Source: Candidatus Nanopelagicales bacterium (lineage in GTDB: Bacteria > Actinomycetota > Actinomycetes > S36-B12). From it: DNA of 42,538 bases. Both the position numbers and the translations under genes were made by a program. Positions 1-10,033 of this stretch are shown here, one piece after another. Numbering within the stretch: the stretch's first letter is position 1; every line of letters starts with the position of its first letter. A model generated the notes under the pieces. The model saw nothing but the letters and a program-made list of their open reading frames with translations, searched no databases and was not told where the DNA came from. The stretch covers positions 1-42,538 of the forward strand of contig JBIHZU010000001.1 in NCBI GenBank assembly GCA_044240285.1. Reading direction: 5' to 3'.

Positions 1-2376
1 AAGTTCTTCGACACGAGTGCGGATCACAATGCCATCAGACGCCACCGCATAGATCTCATCAGTCGGATTGCAGATGAGAGCACCCACCAGACCACCGCGT
101 TCCTCCACAAGTTTCATGGCACGCACACCAAGAATCCCTCGACCCTTGACGTTCCATTCACCGACGGGGGTGCGCTTGGCGTAGCCACCATCAGTCACCG
201 TGACAACATCGGCTCCCTCGGTGACAACATCCATCGAAAGCAATTCGTCGTCAGAGCGGAAACGCATGCCGATCACACCGCTTGTGGCACGACCCATCGG
301 ACGCAACTGACCATCATCGGCCGTGAACCGCGATGACATGCCCTTGCGAGATACGAGCAGCAAGTCGGAATCATCATTGACCAATTGCGCAGAGATCAGT
401 TCGTCACCGTCAGTGAGATTGATTGCAATGATGCCGCCAGTACGTGGTGAATCGAAGTCGGTGAGCTTGGTCTTTTTCACCATGCCACGACGGGTAGCCA
501 GCACAAGATACGGGGCCACCGCATAGTCGCGAAGCGTCAGAACTTGAGCGACCGTCTCATCAGGTCCGAATGCAAGCAAATTCGCTACGTGCTGGCCCTT
601 AGCATCGCGTCCGGCATCGGGCAGTTGGTATGCCTTTGCACGGTAGACACGTCCCTTGGTGGTAAAGAACAAGATCCAGTGGTGCGTTGTTGTGACAAAC
701 AGGTGCTCGACGACATCATCTTGTCGAAGCGAGGCTCCACGAACGCCACGTCCGCCACGCCGCTGCGCTCGATAGAGATCAGTGAGTGTGCGCTTCGCGT
801 AGCCACCAGCAGTGATGGTGACAACTACGTCTTCTTCTGCGATGAGATCCTCATTGGTGACGTCACCATCCCAAGGCACAAACTGTGTACGCCGGTCATC
901 ACCGTAGTGATTGACAACTTCTTCGAGCTCATCGCGAATGATTGAGCGCTGACGCTCCTCTGAACCCAGGATGTCGTTATAGTCCGCAATCTTGATCATG
1001 AGCTCTTCGTTTTCGTCAATGATTTTCTGACGCTCAAGCGCAGCGAGTCGACGTAACTGCATGTCAAGGATTGCCGTTGCCTGCACTTCATCGATGTCGA
1101 GCAACTGCTGAAGACCGGTGCGGGCGTCATCGACCGTTGCGGATCCTCGGATGAGTGCGATGACTGCGTCAAGGGCATCCAATGCCTTTAGGTAGCCACG
1201 CAGAATATGCGCTCGCTCCTCAGCTTTTCGCAACCGGTAGCGCGTGCGTCGTTGAATCACTTCGATCTGGTGCGTGATCCAATGACGTACGAACTGCTCG
1301 ATCGTTAGTGTGCGTGGCACAGAGTCAACCAGTGCCAACATGTTGGCACCAAACGTGTCCTGCAACTGGGTGTGTTTGTAAAGGTTGTTGAGCACTACCT
1401 GCGCAACCGCGTCGCGCTTGAGTTCGATCACCAGACGCATGCCCGTGCGCGACGAGGAATCGTCTCGGACGTCAGCGATGCCGGTGATCTTGCCATCAGA
1501 AACCTGCTCCGCGATGCGTAGCAGCAAGTTGTCTGGATTGACCTGGTAGGGCAGCTCTGTGACGATCAAGAGCTGACGTCCACGGCTGTCTTCTTCAACA
1601 GTCACGACAGCGCGCATAGTGATCGAACCGCGACCGGTGCGCAGTGCGTCTTCGACTCCGCGCTGTCCCACGATGAGTCCGCCCGTGGGGAAGTCGGGGC
1701 CCTTGACACGTTCGATCAGGGCTTCGAGAACCTCTTCGCGAGTTGCATCGGGGTTATCGAGTGACCAGCGCACGCCAGAGGCAATCTCACGCAAGTTGTG
1801 CGGTGGGATGTTGGTGGCCATACCGACGGCAATGCCGGCACTGCCGTTGACGAGCAGATTGGGGAATCGACTAGGCAGTACGACCGGCTCTAGGGTGCGC
1901 CCGTCGTAGTTCGGTGCGAAGTTGACGGTGTCCTCGTCAATGTCGCGAACCATCTCCATGGCCAGTGGAGCCATGCGGCATTCGGTGTAGCGCTGGGCCG
2001 CGGGAGGATCGTTCCCGGGAGAACCGAAGTTGCCTTGGCCTTGGACCAATGGGTATCGCAGTGACCACGGCTGCGCCAGACGCACAAGCGCGTCGTAGAT
2101 CGCGCTGTCTCCGTGCGGGTGGTAGTTGCCCATAACGTCACCCACGACGCGGGCAGACTTCGAAAAGTTGCGATCGGGGCGGTAGCCACCGTCGTACATT
2201 GCGTACAAGACGCGGCGATGCACGGGCTTGAGACCATCGCGCACATCGGGGAGCGCGCGAGAAACAATGACACTCATGGAGTAGTCGAGATAGGACCTCG
2301 CCATTTCAACTTGCAGGTCGATCGGCTCGATGCGGCCACCCACGGGAACTACTTCGATCACATTGTCATCAGTCAC
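1..2376 (-). CDS. gyrA: DNA gyrase subunit A (N-terminal 792 codons; 3' end runs off the window)
   Basis: My own minus-strand translation from GTG at 2376 gives [70 protein letters not shown], a classic GyrA N-terminus. The same frame at nt 60-1 reads [20 protein letters not shown], typical of the C-terminal beta-pinwheel. It is absent from the ORF track because there is no stop inside the window. It lies 9 nt downstream of gyrB. I spot-checked only the two ends of the frame. Confidence 0.92.
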   Translation of the reverse strand, partial: MTDDNVIEVVPVGGRIEPIDLQVEMARSYLDYSMSVIVSRALPDVRDGLKPVHRRVLYAMYDGGYRPDRNFSKSARVVGDVMGNYHPHGDSAIYDALVRLAQPWSLRYPLVQGQGNFGSPGNDPPAAQRYTECRMAPLAMEMVRDIDEDTVNFAPNYDGRTLEPVVLPSRFPNLLVNGSAGIAVGMATNIPPHNLREIASGVRWSLDNPDATREEVLEALIERVKGPDFPTGGLIVGQRGVEDALRTGRGSITMRAVVTVEEDSRGRQLLIVTELPYQVNPDNLLLRIAEQVSDGKITGIADVRDDSSSRTGMRLVIELKRDAVAQVVLNNLYKHTQLQDTFGANMLALVDSVPRTLTIEQFVRHWITHQIEVIQRRTRYRLRKAEERAHILRGYLKALDALDAVIALIRGSATVDDARTGLQQLLDIDEVQATAILDMQLRRLAALERQKIIDENEELMIKIADYNDILGSEERQRSIIRDELEEVVNHYGDDRRTQFVPWDGDVTNEDLIAEEDVVVTITAGGYAKRTLTDLYRAQRRGGRGVRGASLRQDDVVEHLFVTTTHHWILFFTTKGRVYRAKAYQLPDAGRDAKGQHVANLLAFGPDETVAQVLTLRDYAVAPYLVLATRRGMVKKTKLTDFDSPRTGGIIAINLTDGDELISAQLVNDDSDLLLVSRKGMSSRFTADDGQLRPMGRATSGVIGMRFRSDDELLSMDVVTEGADVVTVTDGGYAKRTPVGEWNVKGRGILGVRAMKLVEERGGLVGALICNPTDEIYAVASDGIVIRTRVEEL

Positions 2377-2385
2377 GGAGATCCT

Positions 2386-4383
2386 CTAAATATCCAGGAA
2401 ACGAACATCGCGGGCATTGCGCTGAATAAAGTTGCGGCGAGATTCGACGTCCTCGCCCATCAGCACACTGAACATTTCATCGGCTTGAGCCGCATCATCA
2501 AGAGTGATCTGCAGCAATACGCGACGCTGGGGATCCATTGTCGTCTCCCACAATTCATCGGCGTTCATCTCACCGAGGCCCTTGTAGCGCTGAATGCTTT
2601 CTTCTTTGGGAAGGCGCTTATTGGCGGCGTACCCAGCTTCGAGGAATGCATCACGTTCACGGTCGGAGTATGCATAGTCAGGTGTGTCACGACTCCACTT
2701 GATCTTGAACAGTGGTGGCTGCGCCAGGTAGACCTTGCCGCTGTCGACTAGCGGCCGCATGAATCGGAAGAGCAGCGTCAGCAGCAAGGTGCGGATGTGC
2801 TGTCCGTCAACGTCAGCATCGGCCATCAGCACAATCTTGTGATAGCGCAGCTTGTTTATGTCGAAGTCGTCTTGCACGCCAGTGCCGAATGCAGAGACGA
2901 GTGCCTGAACTTCAGTATTAGCAAGCACCTTGTCGATGCGGGCCTTTTCGACGTTGAGGATCTTGCCGCGGATCGGCAGGATTGCTTGCGTGCGTGGATC
3001 ACGACCCTGTCGCGCAGAACCACCTGCAGAGTCGCCCTCGACTATAAAGACTTCGCACTCTTCGGGTTCGCGTGATGAGCAGTCGATCAGCTTGCCTGGC
3101 ATGCCGGCACCGCCAAGGAGTCCCTTGCGGTTGCGGGCAAGGTCACGAGCTTTACGAGCCGCGAGGCGCGCGGTTGCAGCGAAGACCGACTTGCGTGCGA
3201 TTTCTTTGCCTTCACCGGGGTTCTTTTCGAACCAGGCAGATAGTTGGTCATTGACCGCCTTCTGCACGTATGCCTTCATTTCGGTATTGCCCAATTTTGT
3301 CTTTGTCTGCCCCTCGAACTGTGGCTCGCCAAGCTTGACGCTAACGATCGCTGTGAGACCCTCACGGACATCTTCACCGGAGAGATTGACGTCCTTTTCC
3401 TTCAAGATGCCCCACTCGCGAGCAAACTTATTGACTAGAGTTGTCAATGCTGCGCGGAAGCCCTCTTCGTGTGTGCCACCTTCGGTGGTGTTGATCGTGT
3501 TAGCGAAGGTGTAGACCGACTCAGCAAAACCGGTGTTCCACTGCATCGAGATCTCTACGGAGAGCAAACGCTCGACGTCCTCAGACGCAAGATCAATGAT
3601 TGAGTGGTGTGCGGCACCCTTGGAAGCATTGAGATGCTTGACGAAATCTGTAATGCCGCCTTCATACCTGTACGACACACTACGACGTGCGGGTTCTTCA
3701 TCGTCGAGCACGGCTGTGATCGCACGGTCGTCAGTGATCGTGATCCCGAGACCACGATTGAGGAACGCCATCTCTTGGAAACGACGTGTCAAAGTCTCAA
3801 AGTCATAGTGCGTAGTTTCGAAGATGCCACCATCTGCCCAGAACGTGAGCACCGTGCCCGTCTTGTCTGTCGCCTCACCTTTCACCAACGGTGTGGACGC
3901 TGCTCCATAGACGTACGTCTGGCGCCAGACGTGTCCGTCACGACTGATCTCAACCTCAAGTTTTGTTGACAGCGCATTGACAACGGACACGCCAACGCCA
4001 TGCAGACCACCCGAAACGGAGTAGCCCCCGCCGCCAAATTTGCCACCGGCGTGCAGCACCGTGAGTACGACCTCAACGGCGGGCTTGTGCTCGGTGGGAT
4101 GCATGTCAACGGGAATGCCGCGACCGTTATCGCTGACACGAACGCCGCCGTCGGCCTGAAGAACGATGGAAATGTCCGTGGCGTAGCCGGCCATGGCCTC
4201 ATCAACGGAGTTGTCGACCACCTCGTAGACGAGGTGGTGCAGCCCACGCTCACCGGTTGAACCGATGTACATGCCCGGGCGCTTGCGCACTGCGTCAAGG
4301 CCCTCAAGGACCTGTATCGCACCGGCGTCGTAGGTCAAGGTGTACCTCTCGGGTAGACAAAGATGCCGTGGGAACTTCAGCAT
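2386..4383 (-). CDS. gyrB: DNA gyrase subunit B
   Basis: 665-aa ORF. Motifs include [39 protein letters not shown] (GHKL ATPase), EGDSAGGSA (Toprim) and the C-terminus [11 protein letters not shown]. The start is uncertain: ATG 4383 gives the longest ORF, while TTG 4338 is preceded by GAGAGG. Confidence 0.95.
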   Translation of the reverse strand: MLKFPRHLCLPERYTLTYDAGAIQVLEGLDAVRKRPGMYIGSTGERGLHHLVYEVVDNSVDEAMAGYATDISIVLQADGGVRVSDNGRGIPVDMHPTEHKPAVEVVLTVLHAGGKFGGGGYSVSGGLHGVGVSVVNALSTKLEVEISRDGHVWRQTYVYGAASTPLVKGEATDKTGTVLTFWADGGIFETTHYDFETLTRRFQEMAFLNRGLGITITDDRAITAVLDDEEPARRSVSYRYEGGITDFVKHLNASKGAAHHSIIDLASEDVERLLSVEISMQWNTGFAESVYTFANTINTTEGGTHEEGFRAALTTLVNKFAREWGILKEKDVNLSGEDVREGLTAIVSVKLGEPQFEGQTKTKLGNTEMKAYVQKAVNDQLSAWFEKNPGEGKEIARKSVFAATARLAARKARDLARNRKGLLGGAGMPGKLIDCSSREPEECEVFIVEGDSAGGSARQGRDPRTQAILPIRGKILNVEKARIDKVLANTEVQALVSAFGTGVQDDFDINKLRYHKIVLMADADVDGQHIRTLLLTLLFRFMRPLVDSGKVYLAQPPLFKIKWSRDTPDYAYSDRERDAFLEAGYAANKRLPKEESIQRYKGLGEMNADELWETTMDPQRRVLLQITLDDAAQADEMFSVLMGEDVESRRNFIQRNARDVRFLDI

Positions 4384-4547
4384 CAGTCTACCCGTTCGGA
4401 GCGACTTAGTTTCGGCACAACACGGCCTGTGGACGCCGCCGGGCTAATGACCCCCCCAGGTATAGGTTCCTGTACCGGGTTTAGGCCCGGGAGCCGCTTA
4501 GATGCCCGAAATCCCCCTCGCTGGGCTACTCCAGAGACGGGCGACGG

Positions 4548-5045
4548 CTACCCGTAAGTGTCGCGCGGGCCGCGGCCCGGCACTCGGCGCAGACCGGCCC
4601 GCCAACTCGGCGCAGAAGGACCCAAAATCCGGATTCGGCCCACAACACCACGCCCGATGGCGTCCTCGATGCGGGAGTGGACCTGGCCCTGGAGCAGGCG
4701 CATTTGGGTCGCCCAGGCCGTGGAGTCGGCGCGGAGGACCAATTCACCGGCTTGATCCCCGTCTCCAGCCGTAAACGACTCACATACGACGTGAGCGGCC
4801 ACATCCGCCCCCACGATCTCAGCCCAGCGAGACTCCAGGCTGCCCCCCGCCGCCGCCTGCTCCCAGCCGCGCTCCACCAGAAGCCGTTCCAAGGCGCTGC
4901 TCAACAGTTGTGGATCGCGCTCGTCGGGTCCAGACCCAGAGCTTCGTGGGGTCGTGCGCCGCTGTGGCTGTGCTCTACGACTGGCCCGAGCTCGCGAGAG
5001 ACTGATGGCGGCGAGGTCTGGTCCACCTGGATCCTGATCAGCCAC
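4548..5045 (-). CDS. dciA: DUF721 / DciA-like protein (candidate replicative helicase operator)
   Basis: 165 aa with the DUF721-type core RWAEIVGADVAAHVVCESF...LVLRADSTAWATQMRLLQGQVHSRIEDAIG...IRILGP. It sits in the conserved recF-DUF721-gyrB position, as Rv0004 does in M. tuberculosis. Its GTG start overlaps the recF stop by 8 nt. Confidence 0.8.
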   Translation of the reverse strand: MADQDPGGPDLAAISLSRARASRRAQPQRRTTPRSSGSGPDERDPQLLSSALERLLVERGWEQAAAGGSLESRWAEIVGADVAAHVVCESFTAGDGDQAGELVLRADSTAWATQMRLLQGQVHSRIEDAIGRGVVGRIRILGPSAPSWRAGLRRVPGRGPRDTYG

Positions 5046-6159
5046 GGGTCACCCGCCCTTCGTGCACAGTAAAGCTCTCACCAGTAAGACCTGCAGGGAC
5101 ATCCTCGGCCACAGCAGCCGTGATGAGCACCTGACCCGCACCTGCCACAGCATCAGCTAGTTGAGCACGACGTGATGAGTCGAGTTCGGCGAATACGTCA
5201 TCAAGAATCAATATGGGGTCATCACCGTCTGACCGCAACAGGTCAAATGCGGCCAATCGCATCGCCAGCGCCGTAGACCACGCTTCTCCGTGAGATGCAT
5301 AGCCACGCACTGGGTTGTCTCGCAATCGAAGCGATAAGTCATCACGATGAGGACCCACCACCGTGATGCCGCGGTCTAGTTCCTCGCGCCGACGGGATGC
5401 AACCGCTTCGAGAAGTTGCTGCTCGATGCCGGTTCGATCGACATCAACGTCGTCAAGCCACGATGACGCATAGTCAATTTTAACTGGCCCACGGCCCGCG
5501 GCAATGCCTTCGTACGCCTCCACCACGCGTGGGCGAAGTGCATCAATGAGTTCAAGCCGCGCTGCAGTTATCTCAGAACCAAAATGAGCGAGTTGCCCAT
5601 CCCAAACTTCCAATGTGCCATCGATAGCGCTTGCGTTCGCACGGCGAGCAGATTGCGCAGATTTCAGCAGAGCATTGCGCTGCTTGAGAACTTTGTCGTA
5701 GTCAGATCGCACTCCAGCGAGCCGCGGTGTGCGTTGAACCAGCAAGTCGTCCAGAAATTCTCGTCGCTCAGCAGGATCACCTTTGACCATGGACAGGTCT
5801 TCGGGTGCAAAGACCACCACTCGCAAGATTCCCAGTGCATCACGCGCCCGCGTGACTGGTGATCGGTTGACGCGAGCGCGATTGGATCGCCCAGGATTGA
5901 TCTCAATCTCGACAGTCACACTTCGATCATCGCGCGTAACCTCAACACCGATGGTCGCCTGAGTAGCACCATTGGCAACAAGCGGTGAATCACTAGCTAC
6001 TCGATGACTACTGTGTGTTGCCACGTACACAATTGACTCAACTAGATTCGTTTTACCTTGACCATTGGAACCAAGGAAAGTCGTTATTCCTGGGGACAAA
6101 TCAACATCCAAGGCCGCATAGCTGCGGAAGTTGACGAGGTGGAGTCGGCGTACGTGCAC
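5038..6159 (-). CDS. recF: DNA replication/repair protein RecF
   Basis: 373 aa with N-terminus HVRRLHLVNFRSYA, Walker A GSNGQGKTNLVES and Walker B-like ILILDDVFAELD. GTG start at 6159. Lies between dnaN and dciA. Confidence 0.95.
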   Translation of the reverse strand: MHVRRLHLVNFRSYAALDVDLSPGITTFLGSNGQGKTNLVESIVYVATHSSHRVASDSPLVANGATQATIGVEVTRDDRSVTVEIEINPGRSNRARVNRSPVTRARDALGILRVVVFAPEDLSMVKGDPAERREFLDDLLVQRTPRLAGVRSDYDKVLKQRNALLKSAQSARRANASAIDGTLEVWDGQLAHFGSEITAARLELIDALRPRVVEAYEGIAAGRGPVKIDYASSWLDDVDVDRTGIEQQLLEAVASRRREELDRGITVVGPHRDDLSLRLRDNPVRGYASHGEAWSTALAMRLAAFDLLRSDGDDPILILDDVFAELDSSRRAQLADAVAGAGQVLITAAVAEDVPAGLTGESFTVHEGRVTRG

Positions 6160-6164
6160 GGGCC

Positions 6165-7280
6165 TCAGCCCGCGAGTCGTACCGGCATCAGCAAGTAATG
6201 GAAATTAGGCGCGTCGTCAGTTGCTGGGGTGATGACGACGGGCTTCTCTGGCACAGTGAACGACATGCGTGTCGACGCTGAATCGAGAACACCAAGACCG
6301 TCGAGTAAATAATGCGGATTGAGAGCAATTTCAATGTCGGGGCCCTCGAGTGTGCACTCAAGTACTTCACTCGCCTGTGCTTCGTCACCTGTGCCAGCTC
6401 GTAGAACAAGCTCATTGCTACTGAACGACATCTTCAAGGGAGTGTTGCGCTCGGCTACAAGAGCAACTCGCTTGACTGAATCAATGAGCGCCGCGGTATT
6501 GATGATGGCTGCGGAGATGCTCTCCTTGGGCAGCAATGCGCGGTAGTCAGGAAATCCAGCGTCCAGCAGTCGCGCAGTAGTACGTCGACCATTGCCTTCG
6601 AAACCAAGAAGGTTCGCTGGTTCAACCGCACTAACACCGAGGTTGACTGTGTCGGCATTAGCAAGAGATTTTGCGGTGTCTGCAAGTGTCTTTGCTGGCG
6701 CCAAAGCCTGAACGTCAAGACCGGGTGTGGCAGGAACCCAATTGAATTCACGGACTGCAAGGCGATAGCGATCGGTGGCCACCAATGTCACGCGGGTGTC
6801 GTCAATTTCAATTCGGATGCCAGTCAGGAACGGAAGTGCATCATCTCGCCCTGCAGCAATAGCGACCTGAGAAACAGCACTCGCGAAGGATGCTCCCGGA
6901 ATAGACCCACTCGCAGATGGCATCTCAGGTAACGCGGGGTATTCGTCGACAGGGAGTGTGGGGAGAGTAAATGAGCTGCGTCCGCATGTCACTTGTACAC
7001 GAGAGCCTTCAACAGCGAATTCGACTGGCTGAGCTGGTAGTGAACGAGCAATATCACCCAACAATCGTCCTGGGACGAGCACGCGGCCCTCTTCTGTGAC
7101 GGTGGCTTCAACGTCAACTTGAGCGGCTGTCTCTGCATCGAAACTAGACAACGCAATGCCTGTTGCAGACGTGTGAATCAAAATGCCCGCAAGCACGGGA
7201 CGCGATGGGCGTGTGGGCAATGTACGAGCAACCCAAGTGACCGCGTCGGCGAAGGCGTCTCGCTCGATCCGGAACTTCAC
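6165..7280 (-). CDS. dnaN: DNA polymerase III beta sliding clamp
   Basis: 371 aa, N-terminus KFRIERDAFADAVTWVARTLP, C-terminus YLLMPVRL. GTG start is preceded by GGAGAGGA. Canonical position downstream of dnaA/oriC. Confidence 0.95.
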   Translation of the reverse strand: MKFRIERDAFADAVTWVARTLPTRPSRPVLAGILIHTSATGIALSSFDAETAAQVDVEATVTEEGRVLVPGRLLGDIARSLPAQPVEFAVEGSRVQVTCGRSSFTLPTLPVDEYPALPEMPSASGSIPGASFASAVSQVAIAAGRDDALPFLTGIRIEIDDTRVTLVATDRYRLAVREFNWVPATPGLDVQALAPAKTLADTAKSLANADTVNLGVSAVEPANLLGFEGNGRRTTARLLDAGFPDYRALLPKESISAAIINTAALIDSVKRVALVAERNTPLKMSFSSNELVLRAGTGDEAQASEVLECTLEGPDIEIALNPHYLLDGLGVLDSASTRMSFTVPEKPVVITPATDDAPNFHYLLMPVRLAG

Positions 7281-7579
7281 GGTGTAATCCTCTCCATGTA
7301 CGGATGGTCATCCTGTCAGGTCTGGGCCATAAGCGCACCGTCGTCCCCAAGGTCTGTCGCCCTATGGATGTGATCGTGTCATTACTAGTTATAAGTAGTA
7401 GTAGTAATAGGCACGGTGGATACTGGGGACAACCTATGAAATCCCACGTCAGAGACAGTTTTTTGTCCACATCCCCGGTGGATGAAAGTGCCGTGCCGGT
7501 GGATGACGTGGCGTGCGGAACACATGAAGTTCATCAATCCACAGGTCTAGGTCCGGTTAGTTGTGGACAACTATGTCGG
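7281..7579. other. Chromosomal replication origin oriC (dnaA-dnaN spacer)
   Basis: Perfect TTGTCCACA at 7463-7471, and its reverse complement TGTGGACAA at 7562-7570. Degenerate boxes: GGTGGATAC 7415-7423, GGGGACAAC 7425-7433, GGTGGATGA at 7477-7485 and 7498-7506 (21 bp apart), CAATCCACA 7535-7543. A 30-nt AT-rich tract at 7381-7410 has about 23% GC by hand count and contains TAG TAG TAG TAA TAG. Confidence 0.85.
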
Positions 7580-8983
7580 CTAGCGGGAAGTGGACTTGAT
7601 CCGGGCCGTGAGATCGGTGACCTGGTTGTAGAGGCTCCGGCGCTCGCCGATGAGAGTGCGAATCTTGCGGTCAGCGTGCATGACTGTTGTGTGGTCGCGT
7701 CCACCAAAGGCTTGCCCAATCTTGGGAAGGGACAGGTCGGTGAGCTCTCGGCAGAGATACATGGCGATCTGGCGGGCAGTGACCAAAACGCGCGAACGCG
7801 AGGTTCCGCAGAGGTCGTCAATGGTTACCCCGAAGTAGGTGGCCGAGACGTTCATAATTTGGGCTGCCGTGATCTCGGGGCCGGCTTCTGATGGCAGTAG
7901 GTCTTTGAGCACCTGCTCCGCAACTTCAAGCTCAACGGGACGTCGGTTCAAGGATGCGAAGGCAGTGACGCGAATGAGTGCACCCTCGAGTTCGCGGATG
8001 TTGGTGGAAATACGCGAAGCAATGAACTCGAGGACCTCGGGCGGAGCAACGAGCCGTTCCTGCGCACTCTTCTTCCGAAGAATGGCGATGCGAGTCTCGA
8101 GGTCAGGTGGCTGAACATCCGTCGTCAGACCCCATTCGAAACGCGAGCGCATGCGATCTTCAAAGTCTTCCAACTGCTTAGGACCAAGGTCAGAGGTAAT
8201 AACGATCTGCTTGTTCGCGTTGTGAAGGGTGTTGAAAGTATGGAAAAACTCTTCCTGCGTCTGAACTTTTCCAGATAGGAACTGCACATCGTCGACGAGC
8301 AGGACATCAACGTCGCGATACCGACGTTGGAAGGCAGCAGCCTTGTCGTCACGAATCGAGTTGATGAACTCGTTGGTGAATTCCTCCGAACTGACGTAGC
8401 GCACGCGGGTGCCCTTGTAGAGGGCACGTGCGTAGTGTCCGATCGCGTGTAGGAGATGCGTCTTGCCAAGTCCGGACCCACCGTAGATGAAAAGTGGGTT
8501 ATAGGCCTTTGCCGGCTGTTCGGCCACAGCGACGGCGGCCGCATGAGCGAATCGGTTGCTGGAACCGATGACGAATGTGTCGAAGGTGTACTTGGCATTG
8601 AGCCGACCGTCCTCGACTCGTGTGCCGGGGGTTCCAGTGCCCGGCCGCTCTGGCTCAGAAGTAACAGAAGCGACGGTGGCATCGGCCTCAATGTCGAGTA
8701 CGTCCTCATCGATATCCGGTGCAATGGTGTCGTCAACCTTCACGGCGAGGCTGACCTCGAAGCCGAGTTCGGCGGAGAGGGCCCGGATGATCATTGGACG
8801 AAGGCGAGTTTCGAGAACGTCTTTGGTGAAGTCGTTAGGCGCCGCGAGCAGGGCGGTGTCGCCGACAAGTCCGACTGGGCGGGTCAAAGCGACAAAAGCG
8901 CGCTGTTGGGGGGTAAGGGAGCCGTCGGTGAGCGTGCTGACCGCCCGGGTCCAGACCTCCGTGAGGTCAATTTCGTCATCCAC
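7580..8983 (-). CDS. dnaA: Chromosomal replication initiator DnaA
   Basis: AAA+ Walker [14 protein letters not shown], Walker [10 protein letters not shown] and a C-terminal DNA-binding domain ([34 protein letters not shown]). The longest ORF starts at ATG 8998. I prefer GTG 8983 because GAGGAG lies 7 nt upstream. Confidence 0.93.
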   Translation of the reverse strand: MDDEIDLTEVWTRAVSTLTDGSLTPQQRAFVALTRPVGLVGDTALLAAPNDFTKDVLETRLRPMIIRALSAELGFEVSLAVKVDDTIAPDIDEDVLDIEADATVASVTSEPERPGTGTPGTRVEDGRLNAKYTFDTFVIGSSNRFAHAAAVAVAEQPAKAYNPLFIYGGSGLGKTHLLHAIGHYARALYKGTRVRYVSSEEFTNEFINSIRDDKAAAFQRRYRDVDVLLVDDVQFLSGKVQTQEEFFHTFNTLHNANKQIVITSDLGPKQLEDFEDRMRSRFEWGLTTDVQPPDLETRIAILRKKSAQERLVAPPEVLEFIASRISTNIRELEGALIRVTAFASLNRRPVELEVAEQVLKDLLPSEAGPEITAAQIMNVSATYFGVTIDDLCGTSRSRVLVTARQIAMYLCRELTDLSLPKIGQAFGGRDHTTVMHADRKIRTLIGERRSLYNQVTDLTARIKSTSR

Positions 8984-9010
8984 AGCGCTTCTCCTCATGA
9001 AAATTGCACT

Positions 9011-9070
9011 CAGTCCACACTAGTGCCGTTCATCCACATGCTTATCCACAGGTGTGGACGCTGTGGATAA
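9011..9070. promoter_or_regulatory. DnaA-box cluster in the dnaA/rpmH divergent promoter region
   Basis: AGTCCACAC 9012-9020, CATCCACAT 9031-9039, perfect TTATCCACA 9042-9050, GTGTGGACG 9052-9060, and TGTGGATAA 9062-9070 (the inverted perfect box). Confidence 0.75.
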
Positions 9071-9185
9071 TGTGAACCCTAGCCACCACAGAGCAGTCGC
9101 TCAAGGGGTACGCCCAGGCCCATTTGTCGTGAGGGGGCCCGGTGCCGTAACATTTAGCCTTCCACTAGACCTGCAGGAGTAAGAG

Positions 9186-9320
9186 ATGAAGCGCACGTTC
9201 CAGCCCAATAACCGTCGTCGGGCTCGCACGCACGGCTTCCGACTCCGCATGCGCACCCGTGCCGGCCGCGCGATTCTCAGCGCTCGCCGTGGCAAGGGTC
9301 GCGCGCGCCTCTCGGCCTGA
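9186..9320 (+). CDS. rpmH: 50S ribosomal protein L34
   Basis: My own translation: [44 protein letters not shown] (44 aa). This is too short for the ORF track. Canonical position divergent from dnaA. Confidence 0.95.
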   Translation: MKRTFQPNNRRRARTHGFRLRMRTRAGRAILSARRGKGRARLSA

Positions 9321-9333
9321 AGTAGCAGCTGCC

Positions 9334-9675
9334 GTGCTTCCCACGGTCCATCGCCTGCGTACTCGTACTGATTTTTCCCGCGTCATGCGTGCACGTTCGC
9401 GTGCTTCCTCGGGTTGTCTCGTGGTCCACGTAAATTCAGCCGGAGATGCCCCTGCCCGGTTGGGGTTGGTGATTGCAAAAACCGTTGGCGGGTCAGTGAT
9501 TCGCCATCGAGTGGCTCGTAGATTGCGGGCTGTGGTTGCGGCTCGTATTGCGTCCTGGCCGATGGGGGTGGACGTTGTGATCCGGGCCCTGCCTGATGCG
9601 GCTTTGGCGGACCTGACTCGGCTCGGTCAGGATCTTGATCGGGCGCTCGATCGCCTCGGTGTGACAGGCTCCTAA
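9334..9675 (+). CDS. rnpA: Ribonuclease P protein component
   Basis: In frame with track ORF 9259-9675, whose 5' part overlaps rpmH. GTG 9334 gives VLPTVHRLRTRTDFSRVMR..., a typical RnpA N-terminus. Position rpmH-rnpA-yidD. Confidence 0.88.
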   Translation: MLPTVHRLRTRTDFSRVMRARSRASSGCLVVHVNSAGDAPARLGLVIAKTVGGSVIRHRVARRLRAVVAARIASWPMGVDVVIRALPDAALADLTRLGQDLDRALDRLGVTGS

Positions 9676-9677
9676 GG

Positions 9678-10019
9678 ATGCGGATTCTGCGCGCTATTCA
9701 CCGGGGCCTGGACTGCACGATCTTCGCCCTCATTCGCCTAATCCTCATTGGGCTGATCACGGGCTATCGCATGACTCTCTCGCCGATGATTGGTCCCACG
9801 TGTCGGTTTCACCCGAGCTGCTCGGCCTATGGCCTCGAATCGATCAAGGTTCATGGTGCGGCCAAGGGGACAGCGCTCATCGTGTGGCGGCTCCTGCGCT
9901 GTAATCCTTGGAATCTCGGCGGCCTCGATCCGGTACCGGATAGGGGCCATTGGCACCCATCTATCAACCCGGATGGCACACCGAGGGTAAAGAGTGCGAC
10001 GATTACGACCTACATCTGA
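9678..10019 (+). CDS. yidD: Membrane protein insertion efficiency factor YidD
   Basis: Contains YRMTLSPMIGPTCRFHPSCSAYGLESIKVHGAAKGTALIVWRLLRCNPW, the YidD signature with conserved Cys residues. Confidence 0.9.
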   Translation: MRILRAIHRGLDCTIFALIRLILIGLITGYRMTLSPMIGPTCRFHPSCSAYGLESIKVHGAAKGTALIVWRLLRCNPWNLGGLDPVPDRGHWHPSINPDGTPRVKSATITTYI

Positions 10020-10033
10020 CCTGGAGACTCCCT

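Noticed and set aside
2113-2751. Long ORFs antisense to or overlapping established genes. Examples: 2113-2751 (+), 2930-3514 (+), 8456-9070 (+), 8125-8736 (-), 20277-21080 (+), 36248-36943 (-), 28950-29591 (-), 10589-11086 (-).
   Set aside because: Each lies opposite to or out of frame with a gene that has unmistakable conserved motifs. Their products are Arg/Pro/Ser/Ala-rich and low-complexity, typical of spurious open frames in GC-rich DNA.
9950-10033. Longest-ORF starts that overlap upstream genes: yidC at 9950, rnpA at 9259, rsmG at 11416, rpsF at 41154, hup at 26407, the RCK protein at 41134 and ddl at 15111.
   Set aside because: In each case an in-frame downstream start avoids a long overlap with the upstream gene, is preceded by an SD-like sequence, or gives the N-terminus typical of the family. 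The extensions are low-complexity.
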